From a virus (lineage: Duplodnaviria > Caudoviricetes), in IMG/VR virus record IMGVR_UViG_3300009103_000037, positions 1 to 57,826 of that record: a DNA stretch of 57,826 bases; one strand, given 5' to 3'. This document shows positions 19,554 to 29,779 of the stretch, piece by piece. The position numbers were made by a program, and so were the translations under genes. Positions within the stretch are counted from its first letter, which is position 1. Each line of letters begins with the position of its first letter. Under the pieces are notes generated by a model that searched no databases, had not been told where the DNA came from, and saw only the letters and a list, made by a program, of their open reading frames with translations.

Positions 19554-20472
19554 ACTCCAGCTTATCTTCCCATCTATCTTCGTTTTGCTTAGCAGCCTCT
19601 TTATCTGCCTCTATCTGTTCAAGCCTTCTCTCCACACGTCGCTTACCGTGATATGAGTCGGTTCCCATGATAGAGGTAATCAAATACTCAGGAAGATTAT
19701 CTGCAAGCAGACATATTACATCGTCATACTTAGAGTCTGTAAACTGCAACAGAAGATCATCATAGTTGGCGTATTTTTCTTTATTATCAAATAAGGTTCT
19801 TAGCCCTGCGGCAGAAGCATCAGATGAGGCATCACTACGAATCTTTCGTGCCGTCTTTGAGGTAAGGAATCCACACTCAATGTATTGGCTATAAATAGAG
19901 CCTCGCGCTGCATAAGCTGGCTTTTGCTTCGCAAAGAAAACCTCATCCTCTGCAAGCTCTTTAAAGGCTTCCGAAAAATTATTTGCATAATTCTTCATAA
20001 TGTTTCTAAAAGTGTCTCTAACATAGTTATGACCCTTTTGAATCTCCCACGTTCTACTGAATAGCTTATCCCACCCAAAAGAATCTACCATACCTGCCGC
20101 AGAAATAGAATACTCTCTATACCCATTCCAAATCTCATGTGCAGAAGTAGTTTCATCAAGAAGAGACTCTGCCAATGTATTAACAGATTCCTTCCATATA
20201 GGCATATCATAAAGATTGATTCCCGCATCTTCAGCATGACTTAAGAAAGCCGCCAAGAAGTTTTCGTCAGCTTCCTCTATAGCCCTAGTTACCTCTGGTC
20301 TAAGAATCTTTCCTTCCTTTAACAAAAAGGACTTCGCTGCTTTCATTAATTTAATTTCAGGGGTTTCATGCTCAGACCCTCTGCGGCCTCGATGATACCT
20401 CGAATTAACGTAGAAGATTTTTCTCAAACCCTCCGTTCTCATATAATCAGTAGCAGATATATCTTTAGACAT
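19540..20472 (-). CDS. Helical protein, paralog family member 3
   Basis: C-terminal FTDSKYDDVICLLADNLPEYLITSIMG. Confidence 0.7.
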   Translation of the reverse strand: MSKDISATDYMRTEGLRKIFYVNSRYHRGRRGSEHETPEIKLMKAAKSFLLKEGKILRPEVTRAIEEADENFLAAFLSHAEDAGINLYDMPIWKESVNTLAESLLDETTSAHEIWNGYREYSISAAGMVDSFGWDKLFSRTWEIQKGHNYVRDTFRNIMKNYANNFSEAFKELAEDEVFFAKQKPAYAARGSIYSQYIECGFLTSKTARKIRSDASSDASAAGLRTLFDNKEKYANYDDLLLQFTDSKYDDVICLLADNLPEYLITSIMGTDSYHGKRRVERRLEQIEADKEAAKQNEDRWEDKLEYDNV

Positions 20473-20791
20473 CAGACGACCCCTTAACCCACTTCTTAAA
20501 GTCTTCCAAATGAGTGTTAAGAATAGCTATTTTAACCTGATCGTTCAAGTGTTCCCAAGCGTCAGCCAGAGTAGGCAGAGGCAGCTCTAAGTATGCTTGA
20601 TACATCTTCTTAGCTGTTTCATCATATTGCCTATGACTGGCATTTACTCCGACAGCCGTGAGGTAATTTAAAACCTCTTCCTCGCTCAAAGTCTCTTCTT
20701 GAGGCTCTTCTTGTACTATTTCTAAATTTTTAATCTCAGCTTGCATCGGTAACAACTCCTTTTTCTCAATAAACCGTAGCCTTCGTAACAT
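20465..20791 (-). CDS. Hypothetical protein (start probably MQAE at 20746)
   Basis: AAGGAG SD before MQAE; promoter motif at 20808. Confidence 0.6.
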   Translation of the reverse strand: MLRRLRFIEKKELLPMQAEIKNLEIVQEEPQEETLSEEEVLNYLTAVGVNASHRQYDETAKKMYQAYLELPLPTLADAWEHLNDQVKIAILNTHLEDFKKWVKGSSDV

Positions 20792-20843
20792 ATTTCTTAC
20801 GAATCAATATAACTGATGTAGATTTTATTTATAAAAACTTTCT

Positions 20844-22454
20844 CTACTCTTTATCCTCACCCGCCTCACATACTGTCACCTCTGTAGTTAACAGAGTTCC
20901 ACTTGCTGAAGCAGCATTTTGAATTGCCGATCTAACCACCTTTACCGGATCTATAATACCTCCCTCTATCATATTGGGGACAAAAACTCCTTTAAGGGCA
21001 TCAAACCCACAAGATTTATTCTTGGACGATATAATCTTCTCCATATAAGAGTGATACTCTTCTCCTGAATTAGCCAACACCTGCTTGAACGGAGCCTTGA
21101 TTGCCTTTAAAACAATGTCCACTCCAACCAATTCTTCTGTCATCATTGGTTCCTTTCTGAGAAGGTTCAAATCCTTTACACAGTGCAGAAGCGCCGCCCC
21201 GCCGCCTGGAACAATGCCCTCTTCTACCGCAGCCTTAACTGCATTTATTGCATCCTCAACTCGATCTTTCTTCTCCCTAACCTCAGTCTCAGATAAGCCT
21301 CCTATGCTCAAAATTGCAACAGCACCAGATAAAGCAGACAGACGTTGCTTTAAAGCTGCATGTTCAAATGTCTCTAGAGGTTGGTTAAGCTGAGCCTTTA
21401 TCTGCTGCACTCGTCTATCTACTGCGTCTTGCGTTCCAACTCCATCGACTATAGAGGTTGAATCTCTTGACACAATAACCCTTCTGGCTTGCCCAAGATC
21501 CTTTATAGTCAGGTTCCTTAAGCTATTATTTAATTCAGAAGTAAATAAGGTTGCTCCACATACAACCGCTATATCCTCTAACATATCTTTTCTTATGTCT
21601 CCAAAGCCAGGGGCTCTAACAGCACAAGACACTAACGCTCCACGCGCCTTATTTAGAACTAAGGTTTGTAATGCCTCACTATCAACAGTCTGTGCTACGA
21701 CAAGCAGGGATCTGCCTTCTTCAGAAATCGCCTCAAGAATAGGTAATAACTCTGATGTTGCAGATATTTTTCCATCGTATAACAAGATGTATGGCTTGTC
21801 TAGCTCACACGTTAACTTCTCTAAATTAGTCGCAAAAGTAGGGGTTATATAGCCTCTATCAAAATTGGCTCCCTCCGTATAAGAAACTGAAGTCTCAAGG
21901 CCAGTCGCTTCCTCTACGGAGATCATTCCATCATCCCCTACAGCAGAAACAACAGACCCAATAAGGTTCCCTAACTTTAGGTCATTATTTACAGAAATAA
22001 CTGCAACGCTATTTATCAACTCTTCACTGTCAACAGACTGACTTATATCGTTTAGTTTAGCAACAACAACCTCAACAGCCTTGTCTAAGCCTCTCTTTAT
22101 AAGAACAGGGTTATGTCCAGCGGAAACCATCTTAGCGCCCTCTGTGTATATAGCTTGAGCTAATACTGTGGCTGTTGTGGTCCCATCACCAGCAGCATTA
22201 TTGGTCGCACTAGCAACACTCTTAATTAATTCCGCACCCATATTTTGAAGTCTGTCATCCAGACTTATTGATCTAGCTACCGTAACACCATCTTTGGTAA
22301 TAAGTGGTGGGCCAAACCTCTTCTCAATAGCCGCATTTCTGCCTCTTGGTCCCAAGGTGGCCTTTACTGCGTTAGCTAAAATATCAAGACCTTCTTGTAA
22401 GCCTTGTCTGGCCTCAGAGCTAAATTGAACTTCTTTACCCATTTGTATCTCCAT
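20844..22454 (-). CDS. groEL: Chaperonin GroEL
   Basis: TLGPRGRN, ITKDGVTVA, AGDGTTTATVLA and EEGIVPGGG; no GGM tail. Confidence 0.96.
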   Translation of the reverse strand: MEIQMGKEVQFSSEARQGLQEGLDILANAVKATLGPRGRNAAIEKRFGPPLITKDGVTVARSISLDDRLQNMGAELIKSVASATNNAAGDGTTTATVLAQAIYTEGAKMVSAGHNPVLIKRGLDKAVEVVVAKLNDISQSVDSEELINSVAVISVNNDLKLGNLIGSVVSAVGDDGMISVEEATGLETSVSYTEGANFDRGYITPTFATNLEKLTCELDKPYILLYDGKISATSELLPILEAISEEGRSLLVVAQTVDSEALQTLVLNKARGALVSCAVRAPGFGDIRKDMLEDIAVVCGATLFTSELNNSLRNLTIKDLGQARRVIVSRDSTSIVDGVGTQDAVDRRVQQIKAQLNQPLETFEHAALKQRLSALSGAVAILSIGGLSETEVREKKDRVEDAINAVKAAVEEGIVPGGGAALLHCVKDLNLLRKEPMMTEELVGVDIVLKAIKAPFKQVLANSGEEYHSYMEKIISSKNKSCGFDALKGVFVPNMIEGGIIDPVKVVRSAIQNAASASGTLLTTEVTVCEAGEDKE

Positions 22455-22593
22455 TATTCATTTTCTTAAAATCAATGTTACCATCAATAATACTATTAAC
22501 TTTTGCAGCTATAATATACCCCGCAAGAAAGAGTGATAGTATCAAAAACACTTGAAATCCAAGTATTATTTTGAACTGCAAATACTTTTCCAT
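22435..22593 (-). CDS. Small single-pass membrane protein (52 aa; not in track)
   Basis: Hand translation MEKYLQFKIILGFQVFLILSLFLAGYIIAAKVNS... Confidence 0.45.
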   Translation of the reverse strand: MEKYLQFKIILGFQVFLILSLFLAGYIIAAKVNSIIDGNIDFKKMNNGDTNG

Positions 22594-22635
22594 ATAAAAC
22601 ATATTACCATTATAACGGTTAAGTTACAAGTACAT

Positions 22636-22968
22636 TTAGGTCTTTTTGGCATCTGTCAATTCTTCATCCCCATCTTTACAGGTCTTGGCATCTTCCGGCT
22701 TTGATTTCTTTGCAGCAGCCCTATCAAGTCTTTTGATTCTTCCAGAAATTCTCTCTGCTGCGAACACTATCTCGTCCTCATTCAACTCTTCAGCAAAGAA
22801 ATAAAAGATTGCCTTTCCGCCATCAGTTAAGCCCTCTTCAATCTCTGCTACCTTCTGCTTGAGTGCCGAAAGACTTATCATATCTCTCAGAAGTTCCTGT
22901 CCAGACTCAAGTACCTTTGGATCGTCTGTTTTGTCAATCATTGTTCTAAATTCATCAAGCTTATTCAT
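22636..22968 (-). CDS. Hypothetical protein
   Basis: AGGAG SD; divergent from 23049. Confidence 0.65.
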   Translation of the reverse strand: MNKLDEFRTMIDKTDDPKVLESGQELLRDMISLSALKQKVAEIEEGLTDGGKAIFYFFAEELNEDEIVFAAERISGRIKRLDRAAAKKSKPEDAKTCKDGDEELTDAKKT

Positions 22969-23048
22969 AAGAAGCTCCTATTGGTTTATGGGTTAATTTA
23001 CTACTAATATTAAAAATATTATTGAATTTTATCGTATAGGGAGAAGTT

Positions 23049-24629
23049 GTGGACATATCAAATAGAAAATCCTTGCTTATGACTATTAACAAAAATGCTC
23101 AATCATCAGTTAGAGAGCCAACCAAGGAAATAGTTAGGCAGGTTCGTGAGCCCTTCCGAACCATGACTCCCGACGACCGAATAAACAGGCTAAAGGGAAT
23201 TAGGGATGCCTTAAAATCGCCCTCTGGAAACATGACCTATTCGGTCGAACAACAACAACAGCTTAGATCATATCAAGACCTCTTTGATAATTGGGATAAT
23301 TATAAAGAATATGTAAACAAACCAATGCAAGATTTAGGTGATTGGGTTGCCGAAAAAACTGTTGTTCCTGCCGTCAAAGCTGTGATGAGCTTGGGAGAAG
23401 GAGTCAAAGAACATGGAGTTCCAGGCACACCTGACAGGGATAAAGCCATTAAAGAGCTAGAACGCTCATCAAAATATGCCTCTCTATATGACATAACAAA
23501 AAATGGAATAAACATTTCTGACCTCCAGTGCTTTGAGCAAACATACTCAGCACTTAATAATAATGAATTTCACAAGATAGCTTCTGGAAAAGTAATCGCA
23601 GAAGATATAGCCTCTGCTTTTAGAAAAGAAATTGACGCTTCTCATGCGTTATATCATCAAAAATTTTCCGAAGAATATACCAATAACTTAGACCTTGACT
23701 TAGATACATATAATAAATTTTACGAACTTGCCGTTGCTCACCATGTTCTAACTCAAGAGGGTTTCCTTAAAGATGCCAAAACTATAGACAACTTCGTCCT
23801 AAGGAATACTTCAATATGGGGCTTCAAAAAGGAAGCTGGCTGGCTCGGTGATGCCTGGAGAGCTACCAAGAGTGTGATATCAAAAGGCTTTGGGTTGATA
23901 AAGGGAATAGTCGCAAAAGGCTGGAAGTTTATTGTTACTAAGCTTCCGGTTCTTGGACTCGTATTCTCTGTACCCTTTATGATCAAAAACCTCATTGAAG
24001 CCTACCATAACGGCAAAAGAATCATATCAGAGCTGGATCTTCCGAAGTTTGGATTTGACAGAATGAAAAGCATAACCCCCCTTGGTTTAAGCCATGTTCG
24101 GGAAACATTTAAAAGCGCAGTTGATAAACATAGAAGAGATCCAGATGCCCTGAAAGAACTAATAACTATCTTTAGAACCATAGGCGCATTTTGGATTGAC
24201 ACTCTATTTACCATAACAAATGGTTTCATGGCAGTCCTTGATATTATTGCCGTAGCTGGACTCTTCTTTCCAGGTGTAGGCTGGTTAGTATCAGTAGGCG
24301 CTATGGGCGCAAACTGGCTTTTAGCCATTGGAACAGCCGGATTAGAGGTTGGCGCAGAATACTTCAAAGATCATTATTGGGATAAGGATGCCGCCTATAT
24401 GTTAGAAGAGGCTAAAAAAGCTGTTAAAGAATTATTGTCAGAAGGAACAGTTATTAAAGCCGAAGACCCTATAGTGGGACGAGGATTTGGATGGGATGAA
24501 GATGAGCCTTCAACACCAGTCTACACCCCTACTCCTGACCCTGCTCCTATCTATAATATAGGACCTAATTCTTCTGATGGATTCAAGGGCATATCACCGC
24601 CAAAGTCTGTCTCTAGGCCAACTCTTTAA
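23049..24629 (+). CDS. 526-aa protein with hydrophobic C-terminal helices (putative virion/ejected protein)
   Basis: TACTAATA box at 23002-23009; Gly/Ala-rich hydrophobic hairpin AVLDIIAVAGLFFPGVGWLVSVGAMGANWLLAIG. Confidence 0.75.
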   Translation: MDISNRKSLLMTINKNAQSSVREPTKEIVRQVREPFRTMTPDDRINRLKGIRDALKSPSGNMTYSVEQQQQLRSYQDLFDNWDNYKEYVNKPMQDLGDWVAEKTVVPAVKAVMSLGEGVKEHGVPGTPDRDKAIKELERSSKYASLYDITKNGINISDLQCFEQTYSALNNNEFHKIASGKVIAEDIASAFRKEIDASHALYHQKFSEEYTNNLDLDLDTYNKFYELAVAHHVLTQEGFLKDAKTIDNFVLRNTSIWGFKKEAGWLGDAWRATKSVISKGFGLIKGIVAKGWKFIVTKLPVLGLVFSVPFMIKNLIEAYHNGKRIISELDLPKFGFDRMKSITPLGLSHVRETFKSAVDKHRRDPDALKELITIFRTIGAFWIDTLFTITNGFMAVLDIIAVAGLFFPGVGWLVSVGAMGANWLLAIGTAGLEVGAEYFKDHYWDKDAAYMLEEAKKAVKELLSEGTVIKAEDPIVGRGFGWDEDEPSTPVYTPTPDPAPIYNIGPNSSDGFKGISPPKSVSRPTL

Positions 24630-24856
24630 TAGAGCGACTTTCCCACCACTTTAACCACTCTGCTTCCCATACTTCTCGTGAGACTCGTCGCATTACTCCA
24701 TTTTTTAAAGAGAAGTAAATGCTCAAAACACCTTCTTTCATTATATTATATCCTAAATATATAAGTCAACAAATCAACTTGAGGCAAGATTACCCAAGAC
24801 AATATAACCTGTGTAGATTTATTTTCAGAAACACACTACCCAAAACTCGATTTTTT

Positions 24857-25303
24857 TCAAGCATTGTCCCTAATTAACTTAAAGATTCTGCCATATTGAG
24901 TAAATTTACCCCCGTCTTTCAAAAGATTTGCAAGAGATATAAGAAACTCTCCCTCTCCATCTCTATACTGTGGGTTAGAGGACTTTCTTAGATCCTCCAG
25001 CTTGGTCAGATCATCGCTCCATTTGGCTAAGAAATCATCTGGAGAATCACCCGTAAGTGCTGTAAAGTATCTTAAGTAATCTGAAAGAGAGGCTGCATTT
25101 ATACCAGCATCCTTGGACCACTTAGCGTCATCTTCATTAATAGTTTTTGACTTAGACCCATAAGACATAACAAACGGTGTTTCCAGCCTTCTCTTATCCA
25201 TAGGTATCCAGCCGAAGGAAACCTCGGTATCTGAGGTACGCTCTTCGTGATATGCAAAACAACTCTTTATCTTAAACTTCTTTGCTATTTCATCTTTACT
25301 CAT
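24857..25303 (-). CDS. Hypothetical protein
   Basis: ORF coupled to the GS gene. Confidence 0.6.
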   Translation of the reverse strand: MSKDEIAKKFKIKSCFAYHEERTSDTEVSFGWIPMDKRRLETPFVMSYGSKSKTINEDDAKWSKDAGINAASLSDYLRYFTALTGDSPDDFLAKWSDDLTKLEDLRKSSNPQYRDGEGEFLISLANLLKDGGKFTQYGRIFKLIRDNA

Positions 25304-26360
25304 CTGTCTCTACTCCTTCTCCTACCGCCCCAAGGAGGTACGCAGCAACTTTATAAGGATCTGCATTAGCGTTTGGTCTGCGATCCTCAAAGTACCCTCT
25401 TCCAGACTTCTCTACATGCCAGGGGATTCTTACCGAAGCGCCTCTGTCTGAAACTCCATAGCTAAACTCTCCTAGCTTACATGTTTCGTGATTACCAGTA
25501 AGTCGTCTTTCTAAGCCCTCTCCATAAACATTCGGAATATTAGACAGATTTTCTTGGCTACCTAGCTTATTACAAGCGTCCTTAATACAGTCAAGACCTC
25601 CTTCTTCTCTCATGTCCTTCGTTGAGAAGTTGGCGTGCATACCGCTTCCATTCCAATCACCAGTAATAGGCTTAGGATCAAGCTCTACTTTGACTCCCCT
25701 TGATTCAGCAATTCTGTTTAAAAGGAACCTAGAAACCCAAAGATGATCGCATGTAGCTACGGCATTAATACCCGGCCCTCCAACCTGATACTCCCACTGA
25801 CCCAAGGCCACCTCTGCATTTACTCCTGCAATAGATAGCCCTGAACCTAAACAGGCTGTTAGATGAAGCTCTGATATAGATCTTCCCTCAACTGTACCAG
25901 CACCAACGCCGCAATAATATGGACCTTGAGGGCCAGGATCTTTAGTTTCCTCCCAACCCAAGGGGCGATTTGTTTCAGAGTTAATTAAAAAATACTCTTG
26001 CTCAAACCCCAAGAAAGGCTCAGAATTGCCATGAGCTATCATGGCATCAATCATCCTCGCTCTAGAGTTCGATGAATGAGGGGTTAAATCCTCGTTCAAA
26101 ACATCGCATAACACCAAGATTCCATTCTGCCTATTAGAATCAACGCAAGCAAACACAGGCCTTAGAACACAATCAGAAGACTCTGTAGTGGCCTGTCCTG
26201 TACTGCTTCCGTCAAAACTCCATACCGGAATATCTGCAAGGCTTAACTTCCAATCTTCTTCCTCAGACTGAATATTAAGCACTCTTGTCTTTGATCTAAG
26301 TTGAGGGGTTTTTCCACCATCCAACCAAATATACTCACACTTCAATGTAGCTGCACTCAT
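25296..26360 (-). CDS. glnII: Glutamine synthetase type II
   Basis: EYIWLDG, LRSKTR, WSFDGSSTGQA, PQGPYYCGVG, GDWNGSGMHANFST, RLTGNHET and GYFEDRRP. Confidence 0.93.
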   Translation of the reverse strand: MSAATLKCEYIWLDGGKTPQLRSKTRVLNIQSEEEDWKLSLADIPVWSFDGSSTGQATTESSDCVLRPVFACVDSNRQNGILVLCDVLNEDLTPHSSNSRARMIDAMIAHGNSEPFLGFEQEYFLINSETNRPLGWEETKDPGPQGPYYCGVGAGTVEGRSISELHLTACLGSGLSIAGVNAEVALGQWEYQVGGPGINAVATCDHLWVSRFLLNRIAESRGVKVELDPKPITGDWNGSGMHANFSTKDMREEGGLDCIKDACNKLGSQENLSNIPNVYGEGLERRLTGNHETCKLGEFSYGVSDRGASVRIPWHVEKSGRGYFEDRRPNANADPYKVAAYLLGAVGEGVETDE

Positions 26361-26375
26361 TGTATAATCTCCTGT

Positions 26376-27221
26376 TTAGCTATTACTTATAGTATCCGAA
26401 AATGTAGAAACAAATTTACCATAATAAGGCTCTTTCAACATGCTATCAAATCCCATATTTTTAAACGAAGCCCTTACTTCGTTCTCGTTAAATTCTGAAG
26501 TCGAAACCTCAAGGTTTGTTGTATCAACAGGCATAAGCCTTATTAAATCGTAACTAATATTATACTCATTAAGGAAGCGAGAATCTTTCAACCTTTTTTC
26601 TAACTCACCATCTGTAGACAAAATCTTTGAAGCAGTCTTCTTCCCAATCCCTTTAACGCCTGGAATGTTATCAGCCTTATCCCCAACCATAGCCTTCCAT
26701 GAAACATAATCATAATCTGTATTCTTCCTATAGGAAGAAGAAATAGGATTATATAGACTTACTGTCTCTGGATAATCATTTAAAATTTGAATAAAGTCAG
26801 TATCACTCGATACAATCAGAACATCATCTGATGAGTGTATAGTTTTTACTATATGTAAGACTAGATCATCGCACTCATAATCAGGGTGATACATAGAGGT
26901 TACGGGGTAATGATTCTTCATCATAGAAATGATGAGATTCTTTTGTCTCTTAAACGATTTCCAGTAAGCAATTTCATCTGGATCAGTAGTTTCAACGCGC
27001 CTAGTCCCCTTATACTCAGGGTACATTTCCAGCCTAACAGTGGGCTTTCCATCCAGGGGGAAGTATATCTTATCAGGGTTGAACTTCTCCACCGTTGCTC
27101 TCAACGTCCGTAAGAAGTTGAATACTATCTGATTATCACCAGTAGCAACGCCTCCACCCCATTGAAACCTGCACCTATGTATCATGTTGTAGGCATCAAT
27201 TATCATTATTTTCTTCTTCAT
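26376..27221 (-). CDS. 5'-3' exonuclease/flap endonuclease (T4 RNase H-like)
   Basis: IIDAYNM, YPEYKGTR, ECDD, SSDTDF and GDKADNIPGVKGIGKKTA. Confidence 0.92.
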   Translation of the reverse strand: MKKKIMIIDAYNMIHRCRFQWGGGVATGDNQIVFNFLRTLRATVEKFNPDKIYFPLDGKPTVRLEMYPEYKGTRRVETTDPDEIAYWKSFKRQKNLIISMMKNHYPVTSMYHPDYECDDLVLHIVKTIHSSDDVLIVSSDTDFIQILNDYPETVSLYNPISSSYRKNTDYDYVSWKAMVGDKADNIPGVKGIGKKTASKILSTDGELEKRLKDSRFLNEYNISYDLIRLMPVDTTNLEVSTSEFNENEVRASFKNMGFDSMLKEPYYGKFVSTFSDTISNS

Positions 27222-27306
27222 ATTTCTCTTCCTATATACTTATGTTGCTCTCGTTAAGAAAATATACCCACAGCTTTGGTATTTTCAACTTCTTTAAAAA
27301 AAAAAC

Positions 27307-27341
27307 AAAAAGCCGTGGAGATATAGGTTGTCTCCACGGCT
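27307..27341 (-). terminator. Intrinsic terminator
   Basis: AGCCGTGGAGA...TCTCCACGGCT followed by T-run on the minus strand. Confidence 0.8.
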
Positions 27342-27356
27342 GATTGTAATTTTGGT

Positions 27357-27557
27357 TTAGCTTAAGTTTTGATTCAAAAAATTCTTCAAAGCTTTAGCAT
27401 CCCGAATAGTCATGCTGACTGACTGATCACCAAGTCGCCAGTCCTCAGAATTAACTGTCAGCGTAAGATTGTTGCTGCCAGCTTGCTTCCGAGTGCTGTT
27501 GTTTGTCAGCTCCATTCTAACACTCTTTGTATCGTGAATTCTATTTACATTCGACAT
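27357..27557 (-). CDS. Hypothetical protein
   Basis: Strong AAGGAG SD; followed by a terminator. Confidence 0.65.
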   Translation of the reverse strand: MSNVNRIHDTKSVRMELTNNSTRKQAGSNNLTLTVNSEDWRLGDQSVSMTIRDAKALKNFLNQNLS

Positions 27558-27770
27558 TATTTCTCCTTTGTGTTGAAAATCATAATTTTACTATCAAGCT
27601 TAGGCTTATCCTTGGGCTTGTTCTTAACTTCTCCTTGCTTATCGCTCAGAGCACTCTCTTCTTCTGTTACGGACTCTTTGTTCATCAACCCTCCTTCTAT
27701 AGTTATGCCCCTCCGAAATGGAGAGAACGGTTAAATATAAAGACACATTGTGCCTCAACTCTCTCCACTC

Positions 27771-28046
27771 TTAACTCTTTAAAAAATCTTTCTTAAAATT
27801 TTCTAATGAGATTATATTGTTTATTGTAGTTACGTTATCGTCACTATCAATCGTCCTATAATGTATAAGGCAGTTGTTCAGATCAATGTCTGTCACAACT
27901 CCTTTTACAAATCTTTTTTCTTTAGACTTAACGGCTACTCTTACCGAGTCTCCTTTTCGGAAGTCCTTGATAAAGAAACAGTGAAACTCGTCAAAAGGCT
28001 TTCCTCTCATCTTCTTAGCGCCCTTTCTAGAAGGCTTGTCAGACAT
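27771..28046 (-). CDS. Hypothetical protein (SH3/KOW-like)
   Basis: FRKGDSVRV...KGVVTDID. Confidence 0.55.
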   Translation of the reverse strand: MSDKPSRKGAKKMRGKPFDEFHCFFIKDFRKGDSVRVAVKSKEKRFVKGVVTDIDLNNCLIHYRTIDSDDNVTTINNIISLENFKKDFLKS

Positions 28047-28104
28047 TTTCTTTTTCCTATATTTAAGGTTTTTGATTTAGGCTTCTTCGTCACATGACGA
28101 AGAT

Positions 28105-28299
28105 TTAAATAGAATCATTAAAATGAACAACCTGATCGCCAGCAACAATAGCTAATACGTCACCTTTAAATCCTTTTGCAAGAAAGGACAGAGTGTCGCT
28201 TTTTCCATGTGGCCCGTGAATTACCTCTGTGGATAAATCTCCGGTACTGGTATCTCTATAAATAACTGTCCAAATCATCATTGTTCTCTCCTGTAGCAA
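28105..28299 (-). CDS. Hypothetical protein
   Basis: GGAG SD before MMIW, directly after the tRNA. Confidence 0.55.
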   Translation of the reverse strand: MLQERTMMIWTVIYRDTSTGDLSTEVIHGPHGKSDTLSFLAKGFKGDVLAIVAGDQVVHFNDSI

Positions 28300-28300
28300 A

Positions 28301-28387
28301 TGGTAGGGATGATGGGACTCGAACCCATAAGATCATTTGATCGACAGATTTTAAGTCTGTTGCGTATGCCAATTCCGCCACATCCCC
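28301..28387 (-). tRNA. tRNA-Leu (UAA)
   Basis: GGGGATG acceptor, ACAGA-CTTAAAA-TCTGT anticodon arm, long variable arm, GGTTCGAGTCC and encoded CCA. Confidence 0.95.
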
Positions 28388-28401
28388 ATTGTAGTCATAA
28401 A

Positions 28402-29022
28402 TCAAATAATGTCAATAGAATTTTCAAACATAAGTTTAACTTTTTTCTTTACTACCTTATGAATACCTGGGTTGATTGTTAAAACATTTTCCATTAACTT
28501 ATGTCGAATAAGATTTCGCATGTAAGCAACGTCGGTATTGCTAGGGTCCTCTAGGTATGGAACATCCTTTCTAGAGCACCAATCAGTCAAAGTCAGCTTA
28601 CGAGTTGCCAAGAATGGTCTGATAAAGTTATCCCTGCTATAAGGAATGAGCATTGGGTTTCCATGAATAGATGTAAATAGCCATGTCTCAACTGCATCAT
28701 CTAAGTGATGGCAGGTAATAATCTTTCTGTCTAAGAAGTTAGAGAAGAAGGCATATCTTTCGTTTCTCCAATACTCTTCTTTCGATTCGCCAGAAGCCTT
28801 CTCTCTCGTTACTGCTCCAACTTCAAGCTGAATCCCTCTGCTTTCACAGAAGCTTCTAACAAAAGTTTCTGCTTTAGATGAAAATGGAGTGCCATGATTA
28901 AAGTGGAGGACGAGCAAATCTCTATTGCTCTTGCTGATGAAGTCTAGCACAGCCATGCTATCAGAGCCTCCAGATACAGCTATAGCTACCTTTTTCGGAA
29001 TACTTCCTAAAACATTGATCAT
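28402..29022 (-). CDS. tilS: tRNA(Ile)-lysidine synthetase, minimal (PP-loop domain only)
   Basis: AVSGGSDS, HFNHG, RNERY, HHLDDAVET, IRPFL and EDPSN...RNLIRH. Confidence 0.9.
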   Translation of the reverse strand: MINVLGSIPKKVAIAVSGGSDSMAVLDFISKSNRDLLVLHFNHGTPFSSKAETFVRSFCESRGIQLEVGAVTREKASGESKEEYWRNERYAFFSNFLDRKIITCHHLDDAVETWLFTSIHGNPMLIPYSRDNFIRPFLATRKLTLTDWCSRKDVPYLEDPSNTDVAYMRNLIRHKLMENVLTINPGIHKVVKKKVKLMFENSIDII

Positions 29023-29092
29023 AAAGTAATATCCTGCTAGTTATTATTCCCGTATCAATATAACCGATGAAGAAAATATTTAAAATATTATT

Positions 29093-29386
29093 TTAATGGA
29101 ATGTTCCCTTGGGTCCATCGTCGCCACCAAAGCTGGGCAAGGATGCTAATACTGCCGATAAGACCTTCTCTAGTGTCTCTAGTCTTTTTGCATCAAATTG
29201 AGCTTGCGTTTGATGTAGAGTCTGCTTCTGGTCCAAGAGAGCAATTTCTTTTTTTAGTAGATCGAAACTTCTTACCATTAGATCTGACTTTAAATGTTTT
29301 TTAATCATAAACATTGAATATATATTCACAATAGATAAAGTTAGGGCTATTACAAGAAATGCGAATGAAAGATAATCTATATACAT
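29093..29386 (-). CDS. Membrane-anchored coiled-coil protein
   Basis: N-terminal TM helix followed by a coiled coil. Confidence 0.55.
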   Translation of the reverse strand: MYIDYLSFAFLVIALTLSIVNIYSMFMIKKHLKSDLMVRSFDLLKKEIALLDQKQTLHQTQAQFDAKRLETLEKVLSAVLASLPSFGGDDGPKGTFH

Positions 29387-29388
29387 GT

Positions 29389-29694
29389 CTACTCTATGTG
29401 ATCAGTTAATAAGTTTTTAATGTCTTCAAGGTCACTTGCACTAAATGACTCATAGATGATACCGACAAGTTCGTTTTTAAACGTCTCATTTGCAGCGTTT
29501 GCCTGTATTTCTGCTCTAAGGCCATCAAGGTCAATGCTGCGATAAGCATCTGTCTCGGCCTCTGAATCAGGCTCGCTCGGAGGCTCTACGGCAACCCCAT
29601 AAAGCTTGTGTATCATATCATCAATATTTATTGATTCTTTAATCATTTCTAATTCATAAAGCTCTTTTGATAACCTTATTAATTCAGCCAACAT
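29389..29694 (-). CDS. Protein with N-terminal targeting-like motif (start re-assigned to 29694)
   Basis: GGAG SD then MLAELIRLSKELYELEMIKESINIDDMIHKL; TAGTAATA at 29739-29746. Confidence 0.7.
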   Translation of the reverse strand: MLAELIRLSKELYELEMIKESINIDDMIHKLYGVAVEPPSEPDSEAETDAYRSIDLDGLRAEIQANAANETFKNELVGIIYESFSASDLEDIKNLLTDHIE

Positions 29695-29779
29695 TTTAAT
29701 CTCCAGTTCTATTATTTTCGCGAGTAACACATACATCGTATTACTATAATTTATTATTTTTCAATAATAGAGTAGCTTT

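Noticed and set aside
22435-22968. GroES next to GroEL
   Set aside because: Neither upstream ORF shows GroES motifs (PL.DRV, mobile loop, V.VG.G).
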